The notes under the pieces: generated by a model
Seen by the model: the letters and a program-made list of their open reading frames with translations, nothing else
The model's database searches: none
Told to the model about the DNA's origin: nothing
Translations under genes and position numbers: made by a program
NCBI GenBank assembly: GCA_028534125.1
Contig: CM052816.1
Location: forward strand, 12,278,001-12,342,000
Length of the DNA stretch: 64,000 nucleotides
Direction of reading: 5' to 3'
DNA from: Lama glama
Taxonomy: Eukaryota
In this document: one piece after another, positions 1 to 14,209 of the stretch
How the letters are laid out: every line of letters starts with the position of its first letter
Position numbering within the stretch: position 1 is the first letter of the stretch

Positions 1-119
1 CTCGGACTCCCAGTCCATCTGACAGCAACCAGGTGGTGCTTGACTCTGCCTACAGTGTAGTGTTAGAGGAGGCTGTGAGAGGAGAAACTGTAAATTAGAT
101 TAATAGTCTCATAATATGA

Positions 120-655
120 TGCTCAAAATGTCCAGGAGTCAATAAAGAGTCACATCCATTACCAAAAAACTAGAAAAAGCTCAAAGACAATAAAACATAT
201 ACCAACACTGAGATGACAACGATGTTACAATTAAATGACATGGGTTTTAAAAGCAGTCCTGCCGAAAAATGCCTCAGAGGATAATTATAAACATGCTTGA
301 AAGTAATGAAAAAAAACAGTAGAGATGCAGAAAATACTAAAAAGAATGAAATAAAAATTTTAGAACTTGAGAAAAACACTTACAGATGAGCTCAACAGCA
401 GAAGACAGAACAGAGGGAACCATCAGTGAACTTCAAGATAGAAAAATAGAAGTCATCCAATTAAAACAAAACAGAGATAATACACTTGAGAATCTATGAA
501 AAGAACCTCAGATGTATAGAACCATGGCAAAGGAGCTAACAGTTGTGTCATCAGAGCCCCCAGAAAGAGAAGAGAAAGAGGCTGGAGCTGAAGGTAGTCA
601 AAGAAATAAGGCTGAAAATGCTTGAACTTGGCAAATGGCATACAGAAGTAAAAAG
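120..655 (+). mobile_element. Old LINE-1 (L1M-type) ORF1-region fragment, degenerate
   Basis: A-rich sense strand with L1 ORF1-like motifs (gatgagctcaacagcaga, atcagtgaacttcaagatagaaaaatagaa, aaagaaataaggctgaaaat); no intact ORF. Confidence 0.7.
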
Positions 656-2179
656 GTGAGAAAGTCCACAGTGGATGTTCATTAAGAGATCATTGATGAG
701 TAAACAGTTACTCATATTGAAAGGACTGTAACAAAACCTGAGTACATCTGTTAGTAACCATCTAATATACAGGCTCATGTTAGGTCAGTAGGTCCACTGG
801 CTGCCTTTCGCTCAAATGTCAACAGTCTATGGCCAGGAGATGAGGGTTTCATGGTTCAAAGTGCATAGACGCATGAACAAGGGGGTCCCCTGGGGCTCTG
901 TTGGTCAAGGACTATATGCTATAAAAGCTCTCAGAGCACCATGTCTATTTCACATATTTGATACTCAACTATCATAAATTAAAAATCGGAGTTTTCTGAT
1001 CATCATTGTCCTAAAGCTGAAAAAAGTTTAATGGTTCCTTGCAATATACCTTCTGACCGAGAATCCCTGGAGGACACTGTTCAACTCCTGGATGACTCTC
1101 CTTGTATTTTTAATTAACAGGTTGATAATGTGATAGGCCCCATGTTAATTAAAAGACTGATGTCCAAGGAGATAAGGGCAAGGATGCACACAAGCTATTC
1201 TTTGGGAAAATGGTGAGAATGGAAAGAATGTAGGAAAAATGAGGGCAGAAATTGCAAAATAAGTAACATTTATAATACTTGTTAAGAAAGTAAGGTCACT
1301 TCTTAACTTTCAAAATTTTTCACTCTGTGTGCGTATTCTTGTACCATTTCCCAGATGGGTGGTGATCAACGTAGAATGAATAACTGAGATATTATTAACG
1401 GCATTCAGTGCCAGTGCCCCTTTGGGAGCAGGAAGAAGGCAGGGAGGCACTGCATTAATGTGGGATAAGAAAAAACGAAGGAGGGAGGAGGTAAAGTTAT
1501 CCCCTGAGGTAGCCTTCATCTCGCTCTGCACGTGCTGTCCGCATCTAGGACACAGAGGAGATCCCAGGATACCCCCCACAGTATCATTACTCTCAGGGAC
1601 TCCACAGACATCATGATTAGGGAGGAAAATTACTCTCCTTGGGGGAGTTATTTTTGTCTATTCATTGAGCATGACTAACAGAAAAGTTATAGCAAGGACA
1701 TTATCAGCTAAGCTAAAATTCCTCAGTTCTCCTTGGCCATCAGACATCTGCCTTTTCGGCACTAAATCATCTGCTAATAGATGGAAAGCATGTGAGTCTT
1801 TGAAGAGAAAGTACACCTTTCAGGTATGTCTTTCAGATTTTCCCCTCATAAAAGCAGAATGCAGCCTCTGTACCAAGTGGCTGCTAAAAATTAATGCTAA
1901 AAAAATTAACACTTATTAATTGGAGACAGGTCAAGAGCTAAGACCCACCTCAGAAATTCTAAGAACTTCAATGCGTGATCTTAACCATCATTATATAACC
2001 CAGTGAAGTAGTTAATAAGTTTTGCCCTACTGAGTGCCTATCAGTACATGAGGCCATACAGGTCATAAGTTGTGGAGCCAGGCTCTGAATTAGATTCCAT
2101 CGTCCAAGTTCTTAAACACTATGCAGGAACACAGGCTTCATGATCAAGAAAAGGTTTTTTTTAAGTCACTACTCAAGGC

Positions 2180-2540
2180 CAGGCCAAGGTGGCTTTGAAT
2201 ATCGAAATAAGGGGTCTGTGGTTTATTCTCTGAATATTTGAGAATCACTGAAGGTTTTGAGCAAACATAAGCCATCATTAGAATGATACTCTAGAAGGTT
2301 TACTGTGAGTACAGTGTACAGGATAGACTGAAGGCAGAAGGAAGAGATATTCAAAAAAGTATGCAATCTACTATTTTTTGAGCATCTTTAAGTGTGAGGC
2401 ACATGCTGTCTAACTTAATGAAAGATGTAAGGTCTGGCATAGAGCAAAAGGAGTGGGATTCAGGGTAAGAGAACAAGTATCCAGAACATACTGTAAGTAA
2501 AATCAGCAGAATTAGCTATTGATTAGCAATGAGAATAAGC
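2180..2540 (-). mobile_element. L2 LINE fragment
   Basis: L2 antisense motifs (gagaatcactgaaggttttgagca, gtgtacaggatagactgaagg). Confidence 0.5.
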
Positions 2541-4174
2541 ATTTGACACCCAGAAGGTTCTCAAGTAGATTTCTCTTACCTATAACGTAAAGAAAAGGGT
2601 GTTTATTGCAAGATTCAAAGGCACTGGGGAAAAAGGATACCAAGCTGTGAAATAATCAACCTCATTTCCTGACAAAAGCCATCATGCAATGAAACTACTA
2701 CTGGGGGTCAGTCTTGGCTGGGTTCAGTCTGCTCCAACCTGTATTTCACCAATCAGTAAACAGCATTTACTGGGGGCTCATAATGTGTATATAGCCCTAC
2801 ACCTGCTGTATATCCGTTCTAACAAAATACCCAGCAAGTAGCAAGTAGCATATCTTTATTGTGAAATACATATACATGTATACTTAATAATTTATATAGC
2901 ACCACAAGAATATCCATATAAAACTTCAGAGCTCACCTCAAATTCCCTCAAAGAGATTCTTTCTTGTTGGATCTGCATATGAATTTTGGAGCACTGGGGC
3001 TTTGAACAAAAATGTTCAAACTTCCAAAACTTCATGAATAACTTTGATGTTAAAAGATTTTTGAAGCCCACTGAGCTGAACATATTTAGATTTCATTTAC
3101 TGTTTCCATTTTAGGGTTGATCCTAATTTACTGGAAACGCTGGCAAAGTATCATTCTCTAGAAATTAAATTCTCCACTGATGGTTTTTGTTTGCCCACCA
3201 GATCCCCAGTACCAGCTCTTTCCAGGGTAGTGCACCTTCCCCCTTCTACAATATCGTCCAGGGGTTGCAAGTGTGGAGAGCAAGGTGCATTTCAGGTGGG
3301 AAATTCAAATGGGAACTAAGCCCTAAAAGAAGAGGTGTCGTGGATGAAGGATAAGGGGTTGAGCCCAGTACAGGAGGTAGTGAGTTATCGAGCCTGATTA
3401 GAGAGGAGAGTGATGGGAAAATGGCACAAAAAAGGGAAATTTTCTATTAACTATGAATTATTATTTATTAACAAGTACCTACACACCACAGGCAAACACG
3501 GAGGGCTTATATATGACTTCCAGGGCCTCCATGACCTATTGGTTGTTTGGAAGACATCAAAAACTTGGTTCTACAGTGTGTGACTTTTCTGAGGTTATAC
3601 AAGCTAGTCAGTTTGACATGGAACAAAGACCAGCTGAGAAAATATACAGCACGTATAGAATACAAGGATGTTCAATAAATGAGTCGATACTTAATGAAAC
3701 TTAAAGGCCCCGTGTTATATTCATCACCTTTCACACGGGAAAGTTGTAGCTGTGCCAGGCACTGGATATACAAATTCAAATAAGAAAAGTCATTTCTTTC
3801 AAAGGGCCTATGGTTTAATGTATGGATAGTGGGTGTTGGAATGGACAAGTAAATAAACCTCTTTAACTTAATGTTATAAAGACGTATGTGCTAGAGGAGT
3901 ACACAGAAGGAACAGAACGTTACATTCAAGAGATCAGGGATGCTTCCCAGAAGAGATTACGTTCAAACTGAACTCCACCAAAGTAGTCAAAGAGTTGGGG
4001 ACAGTCATGCAAAACAGAAGGGGGCTTCCCAGTTTGATAACTACTGATGTCCTAGAACAAAATAAAACTCAGCTACATGAAGGCTTTCTAAACTCTTAAA
4101 ATGACTCTCATTTTGGTGGTTTTTAGATCCCCTGAACTTTTAAAAGAATTCAAGATGTTTCGAAAAATAGTTAA

Positions 4175-4450
4175 GCATCACACAGAGAGGCTCTCCTTAC
4201 TACCTAATTTAAAAGAAACACATCCCAGTCACTGTTACTCTCTATTTACCTTTTCCATTTAATTTTCTTTCCAGTACACATCACTTTCTGTAGCCCCTTT
4301 GCTTATTTACTGTGCAACCATGCCCACTATAACACAAGTTCAAAAGACCAAGGACCTGGTGTATCTTGTTCATCTTTCTATCCCCAGTGTCTGGAACAGT
4401 CCCTGTCATATAGAAGATGTTCAATAGACGCATGTCAAATAAATGAATGG
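4175..4450 (+). mobile_element. L2 LINE 3' end
   Basis: Typical L2 tail: ttgttcatctttctatccccagtgtctggaacagtccctgtcatatagaagatgttcaata...aaatgaatg. Confidence 0.8.
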
Positions 4451-5044
4451 TTGCCTTCTGCACCAACTGGAACAAAGGTCAAGAGCATGTGAAGTACTTA
4501 TTTCCTGGCATTTCTAGCAGCATATAGAAGGACCACATTTCCTGATTTTAGTGAATACTGAGTCATAAAACAACATCAACACATCTGTTCTGTCCCCTGA
4601 GAAATTCATTGTAGTGCGTGTATTTGATAAAATAAAATTTCTGTCACTATGTTAAAGTTTTATGATAGCCATCTACAAATCCTGTGCAAATATCTTAAGT
4701 CACAGCTGATGAATTCTGCACATACAGACACACTTTATATGCTTACTTATCATATACTAAAACGGTTAATACAAATTAACACAACTCAATTTATGGAGTA
4801 TTTGTTGAGTAGTTACGTGTCAAACTTTCAGGTATAAGGCTCAATCATTACAATATGATTTAAGGGCTTTTATAAAGCCAATATGCATCTTTTCGGAAGA
4901 CCCAATCAAATTAAAATGCTTTTCAGTTTGCAGACCTGCCTCATGGTACAAGAACAGGTGTGAACCCCAGTGAAATCAGATTCAGTTTTGAATTACCCAA
5001 AGGTATTTCCATCTTCCTACACACGATTCAGTGGTAATCACAGT

Positions 5045-5245
5045 GATAAATCATAGTTGATGATTACACTGTGCCAAGGCTCACGGCAAGCCAGACCCTG
5101 TGTATGTGGGGCATTTCATTATCCTTATCACTACTTCATCGGTCCTACCACAGGCACTACCACTGTCTTCACTTTGTTGTGATAAGAGTGAGGCACAGAG
5201 ACGTGTGTTCTGAAAAGTCACAGAGCTATCAAGTGTCAGGACCTG
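5045..5245 (-). mobile_element. MIR SINE
   Basis: Antisense MIR core (gtgaggcacagaga...aagtcacagagcta). Confidence 0.6.
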
Positions 5246-5919
5246 TAAATATACATCATAAAGCTAAAGTTTCTGGTGACTAACACTCTAGAAAAATAAC
5301 ATACTTGCATTTTTCTTTTCAAATGAACAACCTGCTCATCTAGTTCTTACCTAGTTGGCTTATAATTCATACTAGTGTCTGTTATTAAGAGCAATTTGTC
5401 TGCTTATCTACTTTATCTTAGACTTAAATGTACAAAGAATCCATGCTAAATTCATTTGCTATTGAGCTGGAACCTCACTTTCATTTTTGGGTTTCCTGCA
5501 GGGAACTCTGAAGACACAGTGAACATGAAAATGACAGACACCAAAGAGCCCTGATTGTGTCTCAAAGCAATTAAAGATCAGAAGTTCTACTCGCAGCTCT
5601 TCTCTTGATGACTTTCCTTGACTAGCAGCTGCATTTATACTCGTATAATGAGTGAGTTCACCTGAGATAGTATAATATGTTTTCTTCTAGCTGTTAATGC
5701 ATCCTTGCGGATAAGGTGAAAACATTTTGTTAATCCACGTAATACTTTCTCTCATATGCCCTCCTCCCAGGCCCCAGTGATACTTGACACAAATAATAAC
5801 TTAAAGTGACAGCCATATGAATAATCCCCAACTGATCTGGCTTTAAGCTCAAACCTGTTTGCTCAAGAGGCCATTTGCGTGTAGAGGAAAGCTCAGAGAC
5901 ATTAGCCCCACGCACACCC

Positions 5920-6128
5920 TGGTTCAGTGGTGGCCCTGCCTCTTACCATCTGTACATCCTACAGCACGTTGGTTACTCTTAGTGACCCTCAGTTTCTGCT
6001 TCTACTTTTAAATAAATAAATGTCTGAGAAGCAGGAATACATTTTAAAATTTTAAGTTCTTAAATGTTTAAATGAGAGGTCACGCAAGCACAGTGCTGGA
6101 CATGAACTAGGCACTTAGTAAACAGTAA
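5920..6128 (+). mobile_element. MIR SINE, degenerate
   Basis: cctcagtttc core and 3' cagtgctggacat...aggcacttagtaaa. Confidence 0.45.
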
Positions 6129-9100
6129 TACACTTTAATGGCACAGCCAAGAACAACCTCAGCACGAATCATTAGGGTAAAACCTTCATCAGCCCTGATC
6201 CTGGAGTTGGTTCACATGAACTCTTTGGGGAGGAGGGAACAAAGCAGAGGATCCATTGGATTTAGGTCTTTTCCCGGCAGACTGATCTCTTCTCTATTTA
6301 CCACAGTGACTCCCACTGTACGATTTAGTTTCCTGGCTCCTGTCTCCTGCTGCCAAGGCATAAATCTGACTAGAGGACAAAAATCCGAGAGCAATACCAA
6401 AGAAAGCTCCTTTGCTAGAGCTTCAAACTATTCATTCTTTCCTCTATTCTTGGTTTTGAGGAGCGAGGAAACTCCCATGTACCCAATGTTGATGAGGGAT
6501 AAGCGGCCAAATCTAAGATCTATGTACCTGCCAGCAGCTCCTTGACCAGTGAGTGATTAATAGGGGATGCTGCCAAATCTGAGTATCAACATTCCTAGAA
6601 TCTCCAGCATTTCCCCATGGGTACAGCTTATTCATAAACCACACAGTTAGAGTTTGTATGCTGTTTTCTTAGGGAATGAGAGCTTGATAGTATATTTTTT
6701 TCTTTCTGTGGTATTAGAAGATGAACTATTCAGTTGTATGCATTTCTTTATTAAAAAATAACTTCGAACAAATCTTAAAAAGAGCTTTCTTGTGGGGAAG
6801 AGGAAAGGAAAATCTCCCTAGGGGCACACCCCATGGGAAAACAAACTGGAAAAAATAGAAAAACATTTTAAATTGGCTTTCCTTAAATGTTTCAAATCAT
6901 TCAATTCAAACAAACTCATGTTCACTTCTTTTCATCATTAACTTTTCTTTCAAAAACTATTAGCCAACGGTGCTATCTCCACTGAAGCAGGGAGCATTAT
7001 CTGGTTTTGCAGCCTGTACTGAATTTAGCAGAGCCGATGAATTAGAAAGAGGTTAGTGACTGGGCCGTATTTACATGAGTAAATACGAGAATTTCTTTGG
7101 GTTCTCCAACAGTGTGGCCACAAAGTCTCCATCTCTCCTTCTAGAACCAAAATACTGCATGGAAATGCGACCAAAATCCAAAGGCATGAGTGACAGATAG
7201 CGAGGCCTGGTGACTGCGATATGGTAAAGGGATAGGGGTCTTGCTTACTAATCAACACCAGGTTCTGAGTAGTGATGATTCTTTCTCTTCAAACCCAGAT
7301 TAATCCTGTTAGCTGCTTACTCTCCAGTGACTGCCTTTTTATGGGCCCAATAACTCATGTAAAAATTTATGGCTTATCCATTTTGAGTCCAAGTAATCAT
7401 CTAGGACATAGATGTGCTTCCATAAAATATATGCATACAACCATACCCACACCTCCTTGAATTAATACAAACTGTAGTGAGCATGCAATCCATACTGTTA
7501 ATCATTCCAAGTTCACTGACTCATGTGTTACTGAAACCTTGACCTGCTCCTGAAAGCTGCCTTCAGCTCACTCAAGCTGGTCCCGTGCCCCTCTGCATTC
7601 TTACAGCAACTTTACTTGGAATTTCAATGTTTGAAGAATTATCAAAAATATGATGAAGTAAAGGCTTAACCTAATCACCCTAAGCTGATATCTGTCAAAA
7701 TGCCTCACTTTGTCCCATCTCTCACAGAACTTCAGTTAGAAATTCCACTAGACGACTAAATTCTACTATTCTACTAAACCACTTAATTTTAATAGATTGA
7801 TCTATTACTTAATTCGGTTCAATCTCTTTTTATACCCCTGTTTAACACACTGTGTGATATATAGTAGAAGTTTATGCTCTATTGGTTGAATGGATTAACA
7901 CTTTAGCCTTGGGAATTTTGAGTAATTTGGATCATCACATTAGATTTATTCAAAATTAATCACCAGTTTAATATAGAGATACAGCGACTTAATATATTGA
8001 GTACAAAGCAAAAATGATTAATAAAATTCTACTAGAAACTCTTCTCACTACCTCTTCAATCCTGCCCCAGCACCTTAGCACATACTCTTCCTTTGTCCTA
8101 AAGGAGTTTCCTCCTCCTTCTGTTACCTCTGATCCAACCCAAAACCCACCTCCTCCACAACATTTCCTCTGCTTAGTCTAGCTTTTATTGCGACTTTTCT
8201 TCATAGGAATCTATTTTCATACAATCAGGAAAGGTCATCATACACTTAGAGGAATCTGTGTAGTTCAATACATGCTAGAGTGTTGTCTACTTCATTATTT
8301 CCCAACCCAGGAGAAGTTTAAACTACAGCAGAAAACAAAAGGGGTAGAAATGAGAAAGGATGAGAGGGAGGGCAAACAAAGGTAACCTTTCTTTTGTTTT
8401 TTTTATACAGGCACCCTACAGCTGTTTAATGAAAGCATCTACTTGCAGTGATAAATTACCTGCAAATTATATCAACCCTAAATTGCTCCTCAAAGTTTCT
8501 AGCTGCTGATGGCAGCAATGTTTTACAGAGATTTAAACAAGGTGATTTGGCAAAGGAGCATCAACTTACACTTGCACAGCCCTAAAATGACTGTTGTGGT
8601 GGCCTAGAGAGACTGGGAAATGAGGGAAATGTCCCAAATAAGTAATTTGTCACTTGTGTACCTGTGCTGCCTACATTAGCTACAGCACAAACATTAGATG
8701 GTTAAAGATATTAATCTTAGTTATTGCTTGGGGGAATATCTGCCTCTACTGTTTTAGGCTAAAGGAAAAAAAATACTTCTATGCAGATGGTTTCTGACCA
8801 GTCTTCAGTGGGCTTTTGCTATTTTGCTTAATGTCATGGAAAAATCATCTAGAGACAAAGGAGGGGTAAAAAGTGAATACTTGAGTCAATACTTGAGCCT
8901 TTCTCTTTCTCACACACACACACAGAGCCTCTTCCCCATTCCCCCCCGAGTGACAGCCTAGTAAAAATTTAAACATTTGGTTCTACTGAACCAAAGCTGA
9001 ACTGTAATTATATGACATTTTTGTTTTAAAATGAGATGCAGTCACTGGGTCAGTAAAATATAAGAACTACTAGACTTAGGAATCAGATAACATACATACT

Positions 9101-9297
9101 TGTCTGGTCTCTTGTTTTGGGGGGCACAGTTCCACCCATTTAACAAAGTACTCAGCTATGTCTCCAGGGAAGGGATTGAGTTGCAATAGCTTGATTCAGA
9201 CTGCTGCCATGACACAGGCCCATCTCTTTAAAAGTCTCTATCAACAAAACATTTCCAACATTTTAGATTTCCTAGAAGCCCTTTAAGAGTAAGTGGC

Positions 9298-10470
9298 CTT
9301 AGCAATGTTCTCCTAGGGCAGTCTACACAGGCAATAGAAATAAAAGCAAAAATTAACAAATGGAATCTAATTAAACTTATAAGCTCTTGCATAGCAAAGG
9401 AAACCATAAGCAAAATAAAACAACCATCTACAGAATGGGACAAAATATTTGCAAATGATGTGACTGACAAAGGCTTAATTTCCAGAATACGTAAACAGCT
9501 CATACAACTTAATAAGAAAAAAACAAACCAATACAAAAATGGGCAGAAAAGCTATTCTCCAATGAAGACATACAATTGTCCAAAGGCACATGAAAAAATG
9601 CTCAGTATCACTAATTATCAGAGAAACACAAATCAAAACTACAATGAGGTATCATCTCACATCAGTCAGAATGACCACCATTAAAAAGTCCACAAATGAT
9701 AAATGCCGCAGAAGATGTGAAGGAAAGGGAACCCTCCTACACTGTTGGTGGGAAGGTAGTTTGGTGTAGCCATTATGGAGGACAGTATGCAGATTCCTCA
9801 AAAGACTAAAAATATAATTACCATATAATCCAGCAATCCCACTCCTGGGCATATATCTGGAGAGAACTGTAATTAGAAAAGACACAGGCACCCCAATAAT
9901 CATAGCAGCACTATATACAATAGGCAAGACATGGAAGCAAACTAAATGTCCATCAATAGATGACTGGATAAAGAAGTTGTTGTATGATTTATACAATGGA
10001 ATACTACTCTGCCATAAAAAAGAATAAAATAATGCCATTTACAGCAACATGGATGGACCTGGAGATCATCATTTCAAGTGAAGTAAGCCAGAAAGAGAAA
10101 AAAAAATACTGTATGATATTACTCATATGTGGAATCTAAAAAAAGAAAAAAAGAGGACACTAATAAGCTCATCTACAAAACAGAAACAGACTCTCAGACA
10201 TAGTAAACAATCTCATGGTTACCAGGGAAAAAGGGGTTAGGAAGGGATAAATCTGGGAGTTTGCAAATGTTAGCCACTATATATAAAAATGGATTTTTTA
10301 AAGTTTCTTCTCTATAGCACAGGAAACTATATTCAATATCTTGTAATAACCTTTAATGAAAATGAATATGAAAATGAATATATGTATGTATATGCATGAC
10401 TGGGACATTGTACTGTACACCAGAAACTGACACAATGTAAATGACTGTACTTCAGCGAAAAAGAAAAAAA
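9298..10470 (+). mobile_element. 5'-truncated lineage-specific (camelid-type) LINE-1: ORF2 C-terminus, 3'UTR and poly(A), with 13-bp TSD
   Basis: ORF2 cysteine-rich motif remnant ([17 protein letters not shown] near 9705); A-rich tail at 10458-10470; exact TSD aagagtaagtggc at 9285-9297 and 10471-10483 at a ttt|aaga endonuclease-type site. Confidence 0.95.
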
Positions 10471-10759
10471 AAGAGTAAGTGGCTGCTTTCATCAGAAACT
10501 GCCTGACTCATGTATGGAAGATGTGGCTTTTCATGCTTGGGCATCTGGTGTGAAGACAGATAATTCCCTCAGGAAAACACCTGCCTGATACAGTAAAGAT
10601 CCTCCAGGAGCAGCTTTATAAATTAAAGCAAAAGTTCACTTTTGGAAGGGGCTTTTCTGACTGACAGCACTTTGCAGAAATGCAGCAGAAACTCCAGAGA
10701 TGTCCAGAATTCACAGATGTAGATCCTAAATTGCTTAGTTTCACTGACCTCTTGTACTT

Positions 10760-11290
10760 AATTTATTCATTTGCTTATCTATTCTTTCAATTAATAAATA
10801 TTTGATAGTACCTACTACTAGGGCTGTTCATTTTGTCACACACTGTAGTAATGTAGAGGGTATCAAAAGGACAAAATCTCTGTTCATAAATTTATATTCT
10901 AGGAGAGGAAATAAACATACAAATCAGATTAACTTACATTGTTGTAAGTGCCATAAAGAAAACACACAGAGCATGAGATACTGTAACACGTGGGGTGAAG
11001 AGGGATGGCATTAGACTGACTGACCCAAGATGTTCTTCATGGCGTTCTGAAGGGTCTACATTTCAACACTGACCTGAGGAATGTCAAAGCACCAGATACC
11101 CAGGTAAGCAAACAAAGCTGGGAGGGAGTTAGGAATGGGCCAGGCTGAGGTATGAACAGGTGCACACTTTGAGGACCTTCAAGAAGCCTTAGAGAACAGC
11201 ATGACAACAACTTTTTAGAGATAGAAAGGGACCACATAGGATGCGGTAAGGTCTAGATTTTCTACCCCTACAACCATGTGAAGCAATTGG
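10760..11290 (-). mobile_element. L2 LINE 3' part
   Basis: Antisense L2 tail (ttcatt...aataaatatttgatagtacctact) followed by L2 body motifs. Confidence 0.7.
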
Positions 11291-11291
11291 T

Positions 11292-13260
11292 GCTTTAATG
11301 TTCAAATTACTGACGACTAATGATTTTGAACACTTTTATGTGCTTATTGGTTATTTATACATATTCTTTTCTTAAATATATGTTTGAGACTTTTGTTTAT
11401 TTTTATTGCATATTCTTTGTCATTTCACTGTTGATTTGTAAGAGTTCTTTATATATTCTGGACATAAGTCTTCTTCTGAATTTGTGTATTTTGCTTATTC
11501 TTTCCCATTTTGTGGCTTACCCATTCATTTCCTTAATGGTGTCCTTTGATGAACAGAGATTTTAATTTTAATAACACTTAATTTTGAAACTTTGTATTCT
11601 ACAGTTAATGATTTTTATCCCCGTAAAAGAAAACTTAATGTCACAAGGACATTCTCCGCTGCTTTCTTCTAAGTAGTTTAATGTTTCTAGCTTTTATTTT
11701 TTGATCTATGATCCATTAAAAATTAATTTTTGGATACGGAATTTGGTAGATCTTAACATTTTATTTTCTTCTCATATTCCTATTACCCAATTATCATGGT
11801 ACCATTTGTTAGAAAAACTTTCTTGTCCTTACTGAATTCATTTGGTGCCACAATCATGAATCAGCCATGTATGTAACCCTCTCCTTCTGTTACTTTTCTG
11901 TTCTTTCGATTTCTTTGACTATCTTTATGCCAATGACACACTGTATTAATCGACATGGCTTTATAATAAGTTTTGAAATTAGATATCATAAGTCCTCTAA
12001 CTTATGTTTAAAAAAATTTTTTTAAACAAAAGCAAAAAACTGCATTCCTGAAATAAACCACTTGTTCATGGTACTTGTAATATACTTCTGCATTTGATTT
12101 GCTAAAATTTTGCTAAGGACTTTTGGTCCTTTTTTGATGAGGGCTTTTGGCCTTGTATTACCTTTCTGGGGTGGGATGTCAGAATTAAGTTGAACTCATA
12201 AAACACATAAAGAAATGTTTCTTCTCCTGTTTTCTAAAAAATGAGATGGATTGGTATTACTTTTGTTTGTTTGTTTGTTTTTTTGAAGTTTGGCAATATT
12301 AACTAGTTAAGTCACATGGACCTCAAATTTTCTTGGTAGGAAGGTTTTGTTTTGTTTTGTTATTTACTAATTTAATGACTTTAATAGAGAAAGGTCTACC
12401 AGTGTTTTCTGTATCTTGCATCAATTTTTTGAAATTGTGCCTTTCAAGGAATTTGTCCATTTCATCTAAATTTTTAATTATTTTCATGAATTTGGCTGTA
12501 ATATCCCCCTATACTCTTATTACCTATAGAATATAAACATGTAAAGCGATAAACTTCCCACTAACTGCATAGAATGTACTTTGGTTGTTTTCTTCTATTT
12601 TGTGATTCATGAGTTATTTCAATGATCTTATTGAATTTCTAACTGATTGAGAGTTTTCTATGTATCTTATTATTGTTTATTTCTAATTCATCATTGTTGT
12701 GACCTGCTGAAATTCTCAATCTGTTCACACAGTATTTTGTCCACATTTTCCACTATACTTTTTAACATATTTATCTTATTTTAAAGTCCTCATCTGTCTT
12801 TAAGTCCAATTATATGAATCATTTTTGCGTCTACTGACACTTTCCTTTCTTGACTATGTTTCACATTTTCTTGCTTCTTTATGTGTCTTATGCTGTTTTT
12901 TAAGTAGTTCAGGATATTGTTTGCAGAAGAACAATAGAAAGTGAAGTAAGCAATCTATAATAGACCTGAATCTGAGTTTTATTGCAGCTTTACTGCAATT
13001 CTGTTCACTTTTGGTTTCAAATGATTATTAGGCAAGGATCAAGACTTGCCCTTCAGCAGGGCCTGAGATGCTAAGTTGTAATGATTCTTCAGAAATCTTC
13101 ACACATAACAGCCTATCTGCCATCTTTTTCAGGTTCCTAGGAAGTTCTCTTTGCTCTCTCACCTTGCCTCCAAATTTAAGCACCTGAAAAAGCTTAACTC
13201 CACATTCTAGTTCTGTCCTTTGCCTTTAGCAACCACTACCTTGCACGTGATAAAGGAGTA
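11292..13260 (-). mobile_element. Old LINE-1 (L1M/L1ME-type) ORF2 and ORF1 fragments with internal deletions
   Basis: T-rich antisense L1 motifs (gatttgtaagagttctttatatattctgga, tttgctaaaattttgctaaggacttt, aggaatttgtccatttcatctaaa). Confidence 0.8.
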
Positions 13261-14209
13261 GAGTGCCTTGAAAAGTCATCTTTAAATCACCTCGAAAGGA
13301 GAGAATTCAGCAGAGAACATTTGGTGACTGTAGGCAATCGAGCACAGATTCTTTTCAATGTCTATGTCTTTCCATCCTAGACAAATGGAAATGAGAAAGA
13401 TACTTCACACATTCCCAAATAATGCCCAAAGTTTTTTTTTAACATCCAAAATACTAAGTGATTTATGATCAATAGATATTCTGCATATCTTTGTTTATTT
13501 CAGTTAAGTGCTAATGTAATTGGAATTGGTGAAAAGGCAACAATTGTCACATCTCATCAATTTACACTATAGTCAATTTAGAAGGGTATAAACTGACAGT
13601 GATTCCAACAACTGTAGCACAGATGAACACACACACTCTGCATTCTTCCCTGTAGAAAGGTCTTTCTCCTATTTTAAAATAAATATAAACAAACCATCTA
13701 GAGTTCTTTGGGGAGGAGGTGGGCAGAAGCTGTGCAACACCCATATGCAGTGTAACCCACTACAAGCATTTTTCATTTTAATACTGAGATGAAGGTGAGT
13801 AGGTTGGTTGAAACTTAGAATGTGCTGATGTGAACATCAATGAAATCTGACAATTTTGTATCTCTACTAACTTGATCTTTTGCATCTGGGAAAAACAGAA
13901 TTCACTGTTCTTCCTATGTTAGTTCTTGAGAGAAACGTGAAAGCCACCTTGGATTCCCTAATAATATTATTATAACAAAAGCATATCATTGTCATTTCCC
14001 TTTGAAGAGTAGCTATTAGAATTTAAAGCGTGTAAAATCCTAAGAGGATTCCTTGGTCTCTATCCCAAGAGATTCTGATTCAGAAGATTACAGGTGAGGC
14101 TCAAGGATCCAAATGTAAAGACTGAGACAAGCTCTATTTGAATCATTGCCTTATAATTACATCCCATATTTACAAACGTACCAAGTCCCAATGACACATC
14201 ACACCTTGA

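Noticed and set aside
1626..1654. Imperfect hairpin aaaattactctcc / ggggagttatttt
   Set aside because: Too short and mismatched for a pre-miRNA or other RNA gene call
2892..3160. Possible minus-strand exon ending at GAG|gtgagc
   Set aside because: Weak acceptor, upstream in-frame stops, unrecognisable peptide
6138..6545. 135-aa ORF on + with an overlapping minus-strand ORF
   Set aside because: No recognisable domain, promoter context or splice structure; the length is compatible with chance
9228..10038. ORFs of 102, 74 and 128 aa
   Set aside because: Antisense or frameshifted readings of L1 ORF2
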